Source: Cycas panzhihuaensis (taxonomy: Eukaryota > Plantae > Cycadophyta). Taken from it: DNA of 64,000 bases. Positions 51,314 to 63,538 of the stretch are shown here, one piece after another (the stretch's first letter is position 1; each line of letters starts with the position of its first letter). Location: assembly GCA_023213395.1 (NCBI GenBank), contig CM041465.1, forward strand, positions 137,213,741 to 137,277,740, read 5' to 3'. The notes under the pieces were generated by a model. The model did no database searches. It was not told the DNA's origin and was given only the letters and a program-made list of their open reading frames with translations. The position numbers and the translations under genes are program-made.

Positions 51314-54300
51314 TTATGTGAGTCCCCTCCCATGGTTTGTCAAGTTTCGAACACCCAACCAGTTGACCAAATCAATGACCAATCCATCCATAACCTTAAA
51401 ATATCTCCTCCTCCATCCCATGTTTGCAAGCAGCACTATATACACTCCCCAAAACCCTGCGGCAAAGCCGGCCACAAGACTTATATACCAATACCATGTA
51501 TTCTCAGTGTTTTCTTCGTCATCCTCGTCGGCTTCTGGAGAATTTGGAGCCATACCTGATGATGCTTGAATTCCACATTTTTTTCTGACCGGAAACCCAC
51601 ATAGATTATTGTTCCCAGTATAGGAAGAAGCATTGAATGTTGAAAACTGACCTCCACTTGGTATTCTTCCAGAAAGTTCGTTGCTTGAGACGAGGAAGCA
51701 AGACAAAAAGTTCAGTTGTAACATTTGGGATGGAATTGTTCCGCATAATTTGTTATGAGAAAGATCCAGTGATTCCAACTGCTCCATCTTACCAATAGAT
51801 ATTGGAATTTGTCCAGCGAGATGATTTCTAGACAAGTTGAGAGCATGCAGACCTCTCAAGCTTCCAATTTGAGAAGGGATTTGACCAGTTAGTTGATTTT
51901 CTGAGAGATCAATGCACGTCATTAGCAACAAAATAGAATTTTCATATGACAGCACTTGTTGCTTGTTAATCACAAGTATCTTTTCTTTGTAGCAGTAGCC
52001 ACTGTTTGTGTCTTCCCACGTATGGCTCTGATTTTGTCCGTCTGTCATGCCATGCAATTTTCCAAGAGTTGAAGGGATAGTGCCCGATAGACGGTTATGA
52101 GAGAGGTCTACTATTTGTAGGTGCTGAAGAGAACATATTTTGGACGGAATATTACCTTCAAACTGATTCCAGCTTAGCACAAGAACCCGCAGCTCAGAAA
52201 GTAGTGCCAACCAAGTAGGTATGGTTTTAGACAGCTGGTTATGCCCAACATCTAAAATCTGCAACTTCTTGCAGTTTCTAAGGGACGAAGGCAAAGTTCC
52301 TTTAAGTCCGTTGTTGTCGAGATGCAGCGTATGGAGATTACTTAACTTTCCAACATTTGAGGGGATTCGCCCTTCCAAGCTATTGTTTGCCAAGCTTAAT
52401 ATTGTCAAAGATGAGCAATTGAATATGCTCCTCGGTATTTCCCCTGACAAACTGTTGCTTGAAAGATCCAAAACTTTCAAACTTTGCAGATCGCCGATTG
52501 AAACGGGAATGCCACCCGCCAAACTGTTCGATGAAAGCGACAAAAAGTCTATGGAAGGAAGGATTTTGCCAATTTCGGGGGGAATATGACCACTGAAATG
52601 GTTTTGGGACAGATCAAGAAATTCCAATTCATTGCATGGCGGAGAATTAAGGATGGGAAGAGAGCCGTTTAGCTGATTATCATGCAAGTCCACCATGAAG
52701 TAGTTACTCAAGTTGAAGTTCGGAGGAAGAGGGCCTTCCAAGGTATTATGTGAGAGGTTAAATGATTGGAGAGAAGGAAGTTCTGCCAGCCAGGTCGGTA
52801 TGTTTCCCGAGAGGTGGTTGTTGGGGAGGACGATAGTGTAAATATTATATTGAGCTGAGAGGAACACTGGAATGCCACCCTCAACATTACAAGATCCCAA
52901 CCCCAACCCTCCAAACTGAGCGAGTGGCACCCATGCCGGATTTATGTAGACGGTGAAGCGATTGTCAGACAGGAATAGAGAGGAAAGACTCGGGAAGAAT
53001 GGTCGATCAAAGGCGGAGAGGGAGATGTTACCGTCCAGGCTGTTGGAAGACACGTCTAGGTCCTCAAGACTGGTAAGGTTTTGGAAGAGGGAGAGAGACA
53101 GGTTTCCTTCCAGCTGGTTATTAGAGAGGTAAAGGTATTGAAGGTGAGAGAGAAGGGCGAGGGAAGTGGGAATGCTGCCACTCAGTCTGTTCTCGGAGAG
53201 GTCGAGCTCAGTAAGGGACGAGAGCAGACCAAGTGACGTTGGAATCTCTCCGCTCAGTCTGTTCTCGGAGAGGTCGAGGTCAATAAGGGACGACAGCAGA
53301 CCAAGTGACGTTGGAATCTCTCCGCTCATCGAGTTACCGTCGAGATACAGAACTTTCAGAGCAGAGAGATTTGCAATGGAGGGAGGAATAAAGCCTTCTA
53401 TTTGGCCGAATGAGAGATCGAGGTATGTGAGGGAAGAAATGTTGGAAATGGAAGACGGTATATTTCCCCACAGTTGGACACCATCTACTTTAAGGAGGGT
53501 GAGGCGCGGCCATCCACTGCCCAATATTTCACTCACATTTCCACCCATCATGTAGTCGTTGCTTGTGAGAGAGAGCTCTTTCAAACGAGGAAGGCGTGAG
53601 AGACAGAGGGGGAATTGACCACCACCAGAGAGAGCAAGGGATACTAAGGAGGTAAGATTCCCCACTCAGGTATCGCCCAAGATATCTGGTCATTGTAACT
53701 CAGGTCGAGGGAAGAGAGGGAGGTCAAGTTGCGCAAACCAATGGGAATGGGTCCTGACAGCTGGCAGCCTGACAAGTGAAGGCTGTGCAGGTTGTGGAGA
53801 TAAGATATGGAGTCTCCCCAATTCTCGCTTCTCATCTGACTCAGGTCGACCAAATCAAGTGCCAGATAATTTAATGCCGACAAATTCCTCATCCACGCTG
53901 AACTCGAGCTCCACATCTTTCGAGAAGAGAGATCCAAAAAGTGCAAGCGGGTGAGACTCCCAAGCTGTGGAGGGAAGCCCGCAGACGCCAAGTTGAGGTA
54001 AGTTAAATTGTGGAGTGAGGCAATTCCGATGGGTATAGCCCCCTCAAACCGATTCCCACTTAAATCCAGATGCTCCAATCCTTTCAATCCAAACAAGCCT
54101 GCAAGCACAGCAGAGTTCCCAACCAACCAATTATTGAAACTCTCAAATCCAAATGCTAATAAAAGAGTGCATACAACAGCCTTCAATACGGGTACCTGCA
54201 GGCATAGTCCCACCGAAATAATTGAAACTCAAATCCAAGTATTTCAATTGTGTCAGTGAAAATACAGCTGGACTGACTGCTCCATTATTCGCCATCGGAT

Positions 54301-54574
54301 AACGAGAAGGATAACGGTAAGTATAAGGGTAAGGCAAAGAATTGTGGAGGTCAAGTCTGATTATGTGTGACGTATGACTATCACACCGGACGCCTTTCCA
54401 TTGGCAGCAGTCGTCTCCCTTCCACGAAGACAATTTGGGTGTGGGGTGCGCAGCCTTCACTTTAAGCAGAGCCAACCTCTCCTCGCTTAAACATGAAGCC
54501 GCTGCCATAGGAGACAATATTGTTCCACACCATACCACTGCAAACAGCAGCAATATTGTTGACCTGAATTCCAT
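51314..54574 (-). CDS. Leucine-rich-repeat receptor-like protein (LRR-RLP, Cf/EIX/RLP type). Exon 1 54574-54196, intron 54195-54099, exon 2 54098-51314 with one frameshift at ~53665 (null allele or assembly error)
   Basis: Signal peptide MEFRSTILLLFAVVW; LRRNT C.EERLALL...LSSWKGDDCCQWKGVRC; about 30 LxxLDLSxNxLxGxIP repeats; island domain; GNNNLCGFP cap; acidic EADEDDEE; TM with GxxxG (VAGFAAGFWGV); short tail, no kinase. GT-AG splicing joins ...GGTMPA-G-LFGLKGL in frame. Confidence 0.92.
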
Positions 54575-55699
54575 CGACTTATTTTGTTGTTTCTCTCGCA
54601 CTTCCACCTGTGGAAGAGTTATCAAATATTCTTAAAATTGAATCAACATAAGTCAAATTAATTATTCAAAATAATTAAAATATTTATATATCAATTTATA
54701 ATTAAAATAAACAAATAAAACAACAAATTAGATACACAAAAGCAACTAGTTTTTCATCATTAAACGCATTCATCAATAATTGTTCCGGCTGATTCTATGT
54801 CTTCCAAACTCTCATATAGAACAATAATTCCATTATGTACTAGAAACAAGAAGAGAAATTTGTAGAACAAAGACACCATTCATACATCTATTTTTCTATT
54901 CTATATTTATTATAAAAGAACACAAGATATTAGTAAAATTTAGGTTGGGAATTAAAATTAAAAGATGAGAGCAAACTATCACATTTATGATACATGGTAG
55001 CTTAATTGTTTTCTTCTTATTCAAGAACAGATGAGAAAATAAGACATAATATTGCTTTTAAACAATCTTCATTGAAAATAATGAAAACACTTCATGTAAA
55101 GGGAAAAAATTTAGAAAAAAAAAACTAAAACAAAATTAGTACATTCATCTACAGACATACTCACCAATAGCTATAGCTATTGATCTTTGGTTCCCAAAGC
55201 TTTCAGCGCAAAGATAATACAAGATCAATTGTATCATAGAATGGAACCCCAAAAGGGGCTTTTATAGGCTAAAGATGACAATAACGTCATGTTTGTTTTC
55301 CTACTCTTAGGTCCAGAAAAATAAGAAATTAGCAAAACACGCATATGACTTAGACTATAACTGAAAAATAAAACAATAAGATAGAAAACTCTTGCATTTC
55401 AAATACAACATCGCTAAATTATTTTTAGTGATAAGATATTGCGTTTCAAACACGCCATGGTTCAATTTTTCCTCTTTTGGTCAAGAACATGTAAGAAAAT
55501 ATGGTAGGTAAAACGAAGATTCTAGTGCAACATTCAAATCTAAGAGGTGACTTCATATGGTCAAGATATTGAAGAAAATGTGCAACTAGATACTCAAACT
55601 AATAAAAGAGGAATTTATATTTCTCTAAAGCAAATTTTGCTCAATATTATGTTATTCATGGTGATGAAGGCTATAAATTTGTTTCTATAACATAATATT

Positions 55700-56830
55700 T
55701 TTTTATATTAATATATTAAATATAAATATTGTAATGTGCAATAATGTTGATTGATAATTTCTTTATTTTGCTTGTACTCACACATCCAATTACTCTACCT
55801 TGAATAATAAAAAGTAAGAGAATTCAATAGTGGCAAAGAAAAACAAAAGAAAACTACCCATTAAAATAAAGAACAAACACATCATATAATGAATGAGAAG
55901 TAACAACTTACATAAGATAATGATAATGTATCATATATTCCACCACTCTTGGTCAATACAAGTGTGATTTATAGGGTTGTGAATAAAAGTTAAAGTATGA
56001 TATAGCAAACTATTACATTTCCAATATGACATACCTTAATTATTTCCTCACTAGTCAAGGATAAATGAGAAAATAAGACATATAGTACAATTTGAGAGTA
56101 ATGTTTACAACGATGACAAGAAGAAAAATCATAGCATCTAGACAAGCATAAAGCTTCTAGACAAGAAGAAAAATCAAAGCATCTAGACAAGCATAAAGCT
56201 TCTAGACAAGAAGAAAAATCAAAGCATCTAGAAGCATTAGTAATCTAGACAAGCATAAAGCTTCTAGACAAGAAGAAAAATCAAAGCATATAGAAGCATT
56301 AGTAATCTAGACAATTATATAATTTTCTTCCTACAATACCAATAAATGTGTATATATACTTATGGGATGGAAAGAATCATATCAACATAATCTTGAAATT
56401 GGAAATATATTTATGTAGGTTTTATAAAGCAAATGCATGTGATTTTTCTCCATCTAAATTGGTAAAACGGAAGTTTATTCTAGTTTACATTTATTTTAAT
56501 AAAATTTCACTAGATATTATGTTGTTCATGACAATTAAACTGAAAGTTATGAATTTGGAAATATAATATAATATATTTTTTTATTAGTATGTTGAAAAAA
56601 GAAATTATGATGTATAATAATGTGTTATGGCAATTCCATTCTTTTGTTTGTATTCACACATCAATAATAATATCATTATAACTTTGTTTTTAATAATAAA
56701 AAGGAAAGATAATGCTTTAGTGGCAAAGAAAAAAGAAAAGCAAAACTATTCATTGAAATAAAGAGCAATTGTATCATGTAATGGAATAATGAAATTAGTT
56801 TATACGCCAAAGATAATAATAATGCTAAAA
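55700..56830. repeat. Diverged ~250-bp direct repeats (~55700-55930 and ~56570-56825)
   Basis: Shared TTGTA.TCACACATC.A, TAGTGGCAAAGAAAAA.AAAAG.AAA.CTA..CATT.AAATAAAGA.CAA and AAGATAAT.ATAATG. Confidence 0.6.
56115..56314. repeat. Modular minisatellite with order A-B-A-B-A-C-B-A-C
   Basis: A=GACAAGAAGAAAAATCAAAGCATCTA, B=GACAAGCATAAAGCTTCTA, C=GAAGCATTAGTAATCTA. Confidence 0.9.
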
Positions 56831-57015
56831 ATAAGTTAGCAAATTACCCTTTTAAGGAAAATCCACAAATAAATACTCCATTATTATTTCAAATAAATGT
56901 CTAATTATGTTATTACACCATGATGTGCATTTTAAATATGGCAATCACCAATATTTTAACCACTAAATTATGCATGATACAAGTAAATATTAGATATTTA
57001 ACAATATCTTTTAAC

Positions 57016-59700
57016 ATCCCCCCTTAATATTGACTTTAAGAGGGGTATAAAAAAGGCATCATTATTTCAACCCCTACTTGATGATTTTAGTTATTTCAAG
57101 GATTTGTTAAAGCTTGCTAAACTTGCCATTGGCAAGTGGTTTGGTGAAGACATCTACAATCTGCTATTCCAAAGGATAAATTTCCAACTAAATAGTTCCA
57201 TTACTAATCAGGTCATATATAAAAAATATGTATAGTTCAATATACTTAATCTTTGAGTAATGTGCATGATTACTGATAACATAAATAACTCTTTAATTAT
57301 CAATATGTAATATGATAAACATTTTCAAGGAAAAACCAATTTCATCAAGTAAAGGTTTGATCCACAAAGTTTCTTTGATTAACTTAACTAATGTATGATA
57401 TTTAGCCTCAATAATAGAAAGAGTAAGATATTACTCGTTGTTGACTTTCTTCCACAACCAAGATGAAAAATATAACTCGTTGTTGACTTTCTTCCACCAA
57501 TCACATGTTTAATTAAAATCTGAATAGCCAATCAACTCAAAATCACCATCAAATTATTCATATTAAAGATCATGATGGATAATACCTTAAAGATATTGTA
57601 GAATTTTCTTAACATCATTACAATAAGATTCATAAGGGTCCCACATAAATTGAGAATAAACACCAATTGCGTATGAGATGTTAACTCGAGTATGTCTAAT
57701 ATATCAAATTATTAAGTAATTACTTATGTAAAATAACCTTAATTAGGGGAGAATCATAAATAATGTTGAGTGTTACTCCACTTAAAAATGAGTAAGGGTA
57801 GGCTTGCAAGCATCCATTTTAAATTTCTTAAGTAAATCTATAATGTAGTTAGGTTGTGAAATTGAAAGACTACTATTTATTTGAAGCACTTGAAATTTAA
57901 GAAAATAACAAAGTAAGCCAAAATCAATCATCTCAAAATTATTCTTCATGTCATTCTTGATATATAAATAGAAGTAGTATTATAACTAATGATGACCATA
58001 TCATCTACATAAATAACTAGAAGTGTAATCTTATTACCTTGACATCAAAAATAGAGATTGGAATCACTCACACATCTAGAAAATCCATGATTAATAAGAT
58101 AATGATACTTATTATTATTTTTTTTAATATTTAACCTTAAATGCTTGTTTCAAACAATACAAAGACTTCTTGGATTTACAAACTAGATCATAACTAAATT
58201 CATAATTAGGAGGTTAGACCATGCAACTTTGCTCTTTGAGATCATAATTTAAGAAAGATTTGTTGACATCTGTTTGATGAAATTACAATATAAATTTAAT
58301 ATCCAAAGAAATAAAAAACTTGATAATATTTATTTTAGTAATCATAGGAAAAGTCTCAATATAATTAACTTTATCAATTTCTAAGAAACCTCTAGTTACC
58401 AATCTACCTTTATATTTCTTAATATCATAATCAAAATAAATTTTGTTTAATAGACCCATTTGCAACTAGGTTCTTATAAAGGGGAAAAACATTGCCTCTT
58501 ATATAATTTTTTTATCAAAGCATCGTACTACTCAGCCATAGTAGCATTCTAAAAGGGATTGTCTTTAACTTCATCAAAAGATTTAGAGTCTTCAAGTTCT
58601 ATTTCCTTGTCCATAAGAGCATAATTAGCTTGAAGCATTTAAGTAAAAGTCCTTTTAGGAGTGAAAGAATTATACATATCAAAATTAATTATGGTAAGTG
58701 TTTTTTGAAACCATTTAGGTTGTCTTTGAGTATTTGAAGTTTCAACATCTAAATTTACATTATGAGAATCAGCTAAATCATATTAATGACCACCACAAAT
58801 GTGAGAGATAGAAGGAGAAGAAATATGACCACTTGAGATAGAAATACTTGAGCCAAAAGTAATGCCATGAGATGGAATATGAGTAATGTTATTTATAAGA
58901 TGAAGCAAAGAAGCACTAACATACTCATGAGAAGGATAAATATATAAACCATTCTCATCAACCTTAGCATAATGCTTAATAAATACTTTATTAGAAGTAG
59001 GATCAAAGTGTTTATACATTTTATACTCTTTACTACAACTTATAAAGATATATCTTGTACTTTTTAAATCTAATATTTTCCTTCATTTATTAGAAATATA
59101 AGGTTGTAGAACACTACAAAAGATCTAGAGATATGGCACTATAGGTTTCCTACTCAACTATTTTTCTTCAAGAGTAATGTTAAAAACAATACTAACATGT
59201 AGATGATTTAATAGATAATTAGTACAAATGATGATTTCAACCCATAATTTTAGTTCTAAGCCCTTAAAATATAGTATGTAATATGCCGTTTTAACAAGAG
59301 TTATGTTTTTCTTCCATACTACACCATTTTATTGAGGGTATATATAATAGAATATCGAAAATGAATGTCATTCTTCTTTCCAAGGCTTCAACATATTGAT
59401 TTTATAACCAAATTGATTCTAGAAAAGGGGTTTGAATTTAAGAAATCTATCAAACAAATCACTTTTTTGTTTAAGAATATAAATCCAATATTTATATGAA
59501 AAATCATCAATGAATGTAAGTAGATATTTTCTTCTTAATATTGAAGTTACTTGAAATGGTCCACAAATATTAAAGTGTATCAACTCAAGAGAATATTAGG
59601 CTTTAAAAATAACCTCAGGAAATAAAGAATCTATGTGACGTTTCTTATAATACATTCCTCAAAGGCATAATATATTATGGAGAGATTATGAAATAACTAT
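57016..59700 (-). mobile_element. Degenerate Ty1/Copia pol (INT-RT-RNase H) with PPT
   Basis: INT IHFNICGPF...LTFIDDFS; RT KYKGRLVTRGF...NYIETFP; RH QIVDVFTKPL; PPT AAGGGGGA followed by TGTTAA at 57016. Confidence 0.85.
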
Positions 59701-61008
59701 ATTATGCTTTTACAAAATATTTAATTACCCATAGTTGATATTACCAAATAAAAAATGTTATAACTTATTAAAAGAATCAAAATAAGCAATGTATGAAGAA
59801 AAAGCAAATCTCATACCATATTCTTAAACATCATACCTTCTACTAGTCCATTCATATCATATAGGTTATATAAACCATTGTTATGATCATTAGTACCTGA
59901 AGTAATAACAACCCTATAATGATCTCCGTAATTCCTTTTTTGCAAAACCTTTTTTTGGTAAATTCAACCTTATAAATTTTTTGACAAAGTTGGTAAACAA
60001 AGGTTGCTTGGGAAAGCAAAGAGTACCCCCGAACGAGGGGAGCATTCCCTCTGGAGGCCCCAGGGGCAGAAAAGAGCTGCAAAAATGGGTCCAGGATGGC
60101 AAAACGAGTATAAACTCAGGCACGCATAAGAGTGGCACGCAAAACGCGACAAAAGGGCCCTGCGAAAAATGCATAGGAAGGGTGCCATAAATGCATCCGC
60201 AAGAAGAAGCGAGTCGAAGGCTATGGGAGCATAACAGGAGACAAGGCCAGGAGGCAAAGGTGATCTAGGGATAGAGATGATCCAGAGGGCTGTCATGAAG
60301 GCGGAAATGGAGACAGTGCCCATTGGGGTCCCCGCCTACATAAGGAAATTCGATGGAAAATGAATTCATTTTCACGGGCTTTCAAGAGAATCCACAGCCA
60401 TTCCCTTACGCAGCAGAGCGCTACCTAACTTTGGAGGCACACAGAGGGAGATCAGACCATTGGATCATAGCGAGAGAACAGCAGTTGGGACCGTCGAGAC
60501 GAGATAACGAGTGCTACGTTAAATCCAGTGAGTGGATCCCACAAAACCCAGCCCATCTTGTGGTTTCAATTTTATTGCTTTTTGTTGTTTTTACGTAGGT
60601 TTTTGGGCCCCTTATGGGCGAGAAAAGGCCTCCCGGAGTTCGAATTAGACCCAGAAAGAGGCAGGATTGGGGCATTAGGCAGCCCTGGTCTCAGTGGACC
60701 CCGCAGGGCCCACCTAAAAGATTTTTTTGTATTTTTTTGGGCAGGAAACCCCCCCATTTTGGGTTGGTGTTGTTCGCACTGCAACAAAGATCGCGGTGTT
60801 GTGATCTTTGCCGCGGGGCCCCGATCACCGCAAGACCCGTGCTAAACTTCATGGTACCGCGAAGTTTGGTGCGGTCTGGTAATCGAGCTGAAAAAGGAAG
60901 ATAGGGGCCTAGGAGGCCCCAAATCTCGATCAGGTGGAGCTGATGGGTGGTTGAAGGGACAAAGAGCTAATGTAGGCTAAGATATTACTAGTTTCATGGT
61001 GTTTGCAG

Positions 61009-62930
61009 GTCATGATCATGGTGGAAACCCGCGAGAACATAGGCATGGCCATGTTGAGCTTCATCAAGATGATGAGCAGGGAGGACAAGGGAGTCCTATG
61101 GAGATGCGGGTTGTTGAAGGTGGTGAGGACACCTCAGTACATGTTGGACCAGAGGCTGCTGATAGACATCGTGTCACACTGGGATCGGAGGAGGCACGTT
61201 TTCCACCTACCCCAGGTGGGAGACGTAACAGTGACACCTGAGGACATTAGACGGATACTAGGAGTACCAGCGACTACGAGGCTGACAGCATTAGGAGCGC
61301 TGCCTAGTAATGAGGTAGTACACAGGGAGGCAGCGACATTCTTTCTGAGGATCGAGACGGATGGGAGGCGAGGGGTTCCTCTCCAGGCTATGGTCATGTC
61401 AGGGATTCCTCAAGTGAGGAAATTGATTACTTTATGCATTCTGTTTCAGATTTCCCATAAACAAAACTATAGGGACATCCCAAGAGGGTGGATGGATGTA
61501 ATACGCCGATGCAATGCCGGCGAGAGGATGGACTAGTCCACTCTGATAGCGGTGAACCTCGTCGCACAACTAGACACCATCAGAGTAGCAGGCCATGGAG
61601 GACTGTCATATAACACATTATTACAGTGTTGGTTTTTTTATCACTTTGGGGCAGTGGCACCAGTAGGGGGACCACACCCTATTGCAGAGTGGGCCCCGAT
61701 GGTCCACAGATGGCAGACTAGACTGAGAGGGACAGAGGACCAGGCTCATGTCCGACGCTCAGTGGAGGCCATATTACTAGACCTCCTCACCATGATGGAC
61801 TATATAGCAGATCCATACAGGGCAGTGAGGTGGGACAACGATGATGAGGCAGGAGGAGCAGGGGTGCCCCCAGGAGACGATGAGGGCAGAGATGGAGGTG
61901 ATGGGGCTGGCCCATCATGACCTGCAGGAGAGGTAGGTCTGTTAGCGACATCAGGTAGAGGAGCAGGGCCATCTGGGACTGCCAAAGACAGCAGGCAGCC
62001 CATCGTGGGGCTGACGCGAGCAAGGGGCTAGTGACACTGGCCCGCAGGCTACGAATCGTGAGAAAATATGGAGAGGTGATAGCAGAGCCAGTTGCAGAGA
62101 GGAGAGAGGCCATAGCGGAGGAGGTACCAGAGGAGGAGGTACTAGGCGGTGGCAGTGCTAGAGGGGAGGCACGCTTGAGTCAAGAGCTCACCGCACTGTG
62201 TGAGACATAGCTTTTTCCTATCGTCGTTTGATTGCCAAATAGATAGTTTGATTTTAGTTTGATATCCATATAGACATGGACTGACATGTGGTATACTGGG
62301 TTGCAGGTATGGTAGACATGCAGAGGTTAGTGGAGGCGGTAGTCCGAGAGGTATTCCCTCGAGCCTACGCGGAGGGACAGCCTCCCATACAGGCAGGGGA
62401 TGAGCCTAGAGTGGCAAGCGGTCACATGCCAGCTTTTGCCCCATTGATACGGGTGAAAGATATATGGGTGGCAGAGTCTCAAGAGCACGAGGCACGTGCG
62501 AGGCAGCAACAGGCTGAGATGGACACCATCCGAGCTTAGAGGGACACCCTACAGGCGCAAGTGTAGACACTGGAGGCTCAGGGAGGAGTCAAAGGGGATA
62601 TGGGGAGCCATATCCCGGTGATAGTGGTAGAGGAGAGACTCCGGGGGATGGAGAGGAGGCCCCACATCATAGAGATGAAGCGGGATCGTGTCCAGGTGCG
62701 ATACGATCGATTGGTCGAGGACATGGCGTCGAGGTCGGCACGGAGCAAGACACAGACCCATATAGTAGTGATGACCCCGAGGAGGCCATGAGACGAAGGG
62801 AGCGAGGTAGGGAGCTCACGGAGACCCAGGAGGAGTCTGAGAGAGATGTAGTCCCCAGGAGGGAGAGATCACACCGACCAAGAGATGATGCCCTAGGAGC
62901 AGGGCTACGGTAGAGTAGTATGCATGTACT
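61009..62930 (+). pseudogene. Antisense Plant Mobile Domain (PMD, PF10536-like) gene of E3, best-preserved copy; intron at 62200-62306
   Basis: DQRLLIDIVSHWDRRRHVFHLPQVGDVTVTPEDIRRILGVP matches the PMD signature D..L..LVERW..ETHTFHLP.GE.TITLEDV..ILGLP; also LLQCWFFYHF. The 177-aa and 122-aa ORFs are in one frame, broken by TGG>TAG (61534) and a likely CGA>TGA (61918). The last exon is coiled-coil-like. Confidence 0.85.
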
Positions 62931-63538
62931 TAATTTTTGACAAGGGAAAGAACGTGCCTCCAAGGGGACCATATATAGAGTCATATGATTGTACCCCCCT
63001 TGTAAGGACACCGGCTTCCCATATGTATGATACGACACATGATTTTGATGTATATATAGACGGGGTGGTTAGTACCCCATTTTGATATGTGATGATGTGT
63101 ATATTTTGTTTAATAGTTGATATGTATGGTTTGTATTTTGTTATGATTATTTGTTCAAGTTACACATATTTCTTTTCATGCAAGGCCGTATACCTAACAG
63201 GAGCACACACGACCACTAGTAGAGGTGATAGGCATATGTGGGGTTAGGAAATAGAGCGACACGGATATCCACATGGGAGCATAGCGGGATATACAAAGGA
63301 AATACTAAGTGAGAGGGGGGAGTAACGATACTCCAGAGCATCATCCTAACTGGGGGATGCCTAAATAGGAGGACAAGGCCCCAAGGAAGAATGGGAACAA
63401 GGGTTCCACGGGAGGAACCAGAAGAAAACAAAAGAGACCATCCCAAACCACCCTTCTACCTGTGGCTGGGAGGAAAGGGAACAAACTTAAGATGGTAGTT
63501 TAGGCTCATTTCAGAGCGTGGACGAGGTGACGGCAAGG

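Noticed and set aside
51318-54635. Plus-strand ORFs overlapping the RLP
   Set aside because: Antisense shadows of LRR codon periodicity.
54780-55530. Possible solo LTR upstream of the RLP
   Set aside because: TG/CA ends and a TATA-like motif are present, but there is no matching TSD.
56115-56314. CRISPR-like repeat array
   Set aside because: No unique spacers, no cas genes, and a plant nuclear context.
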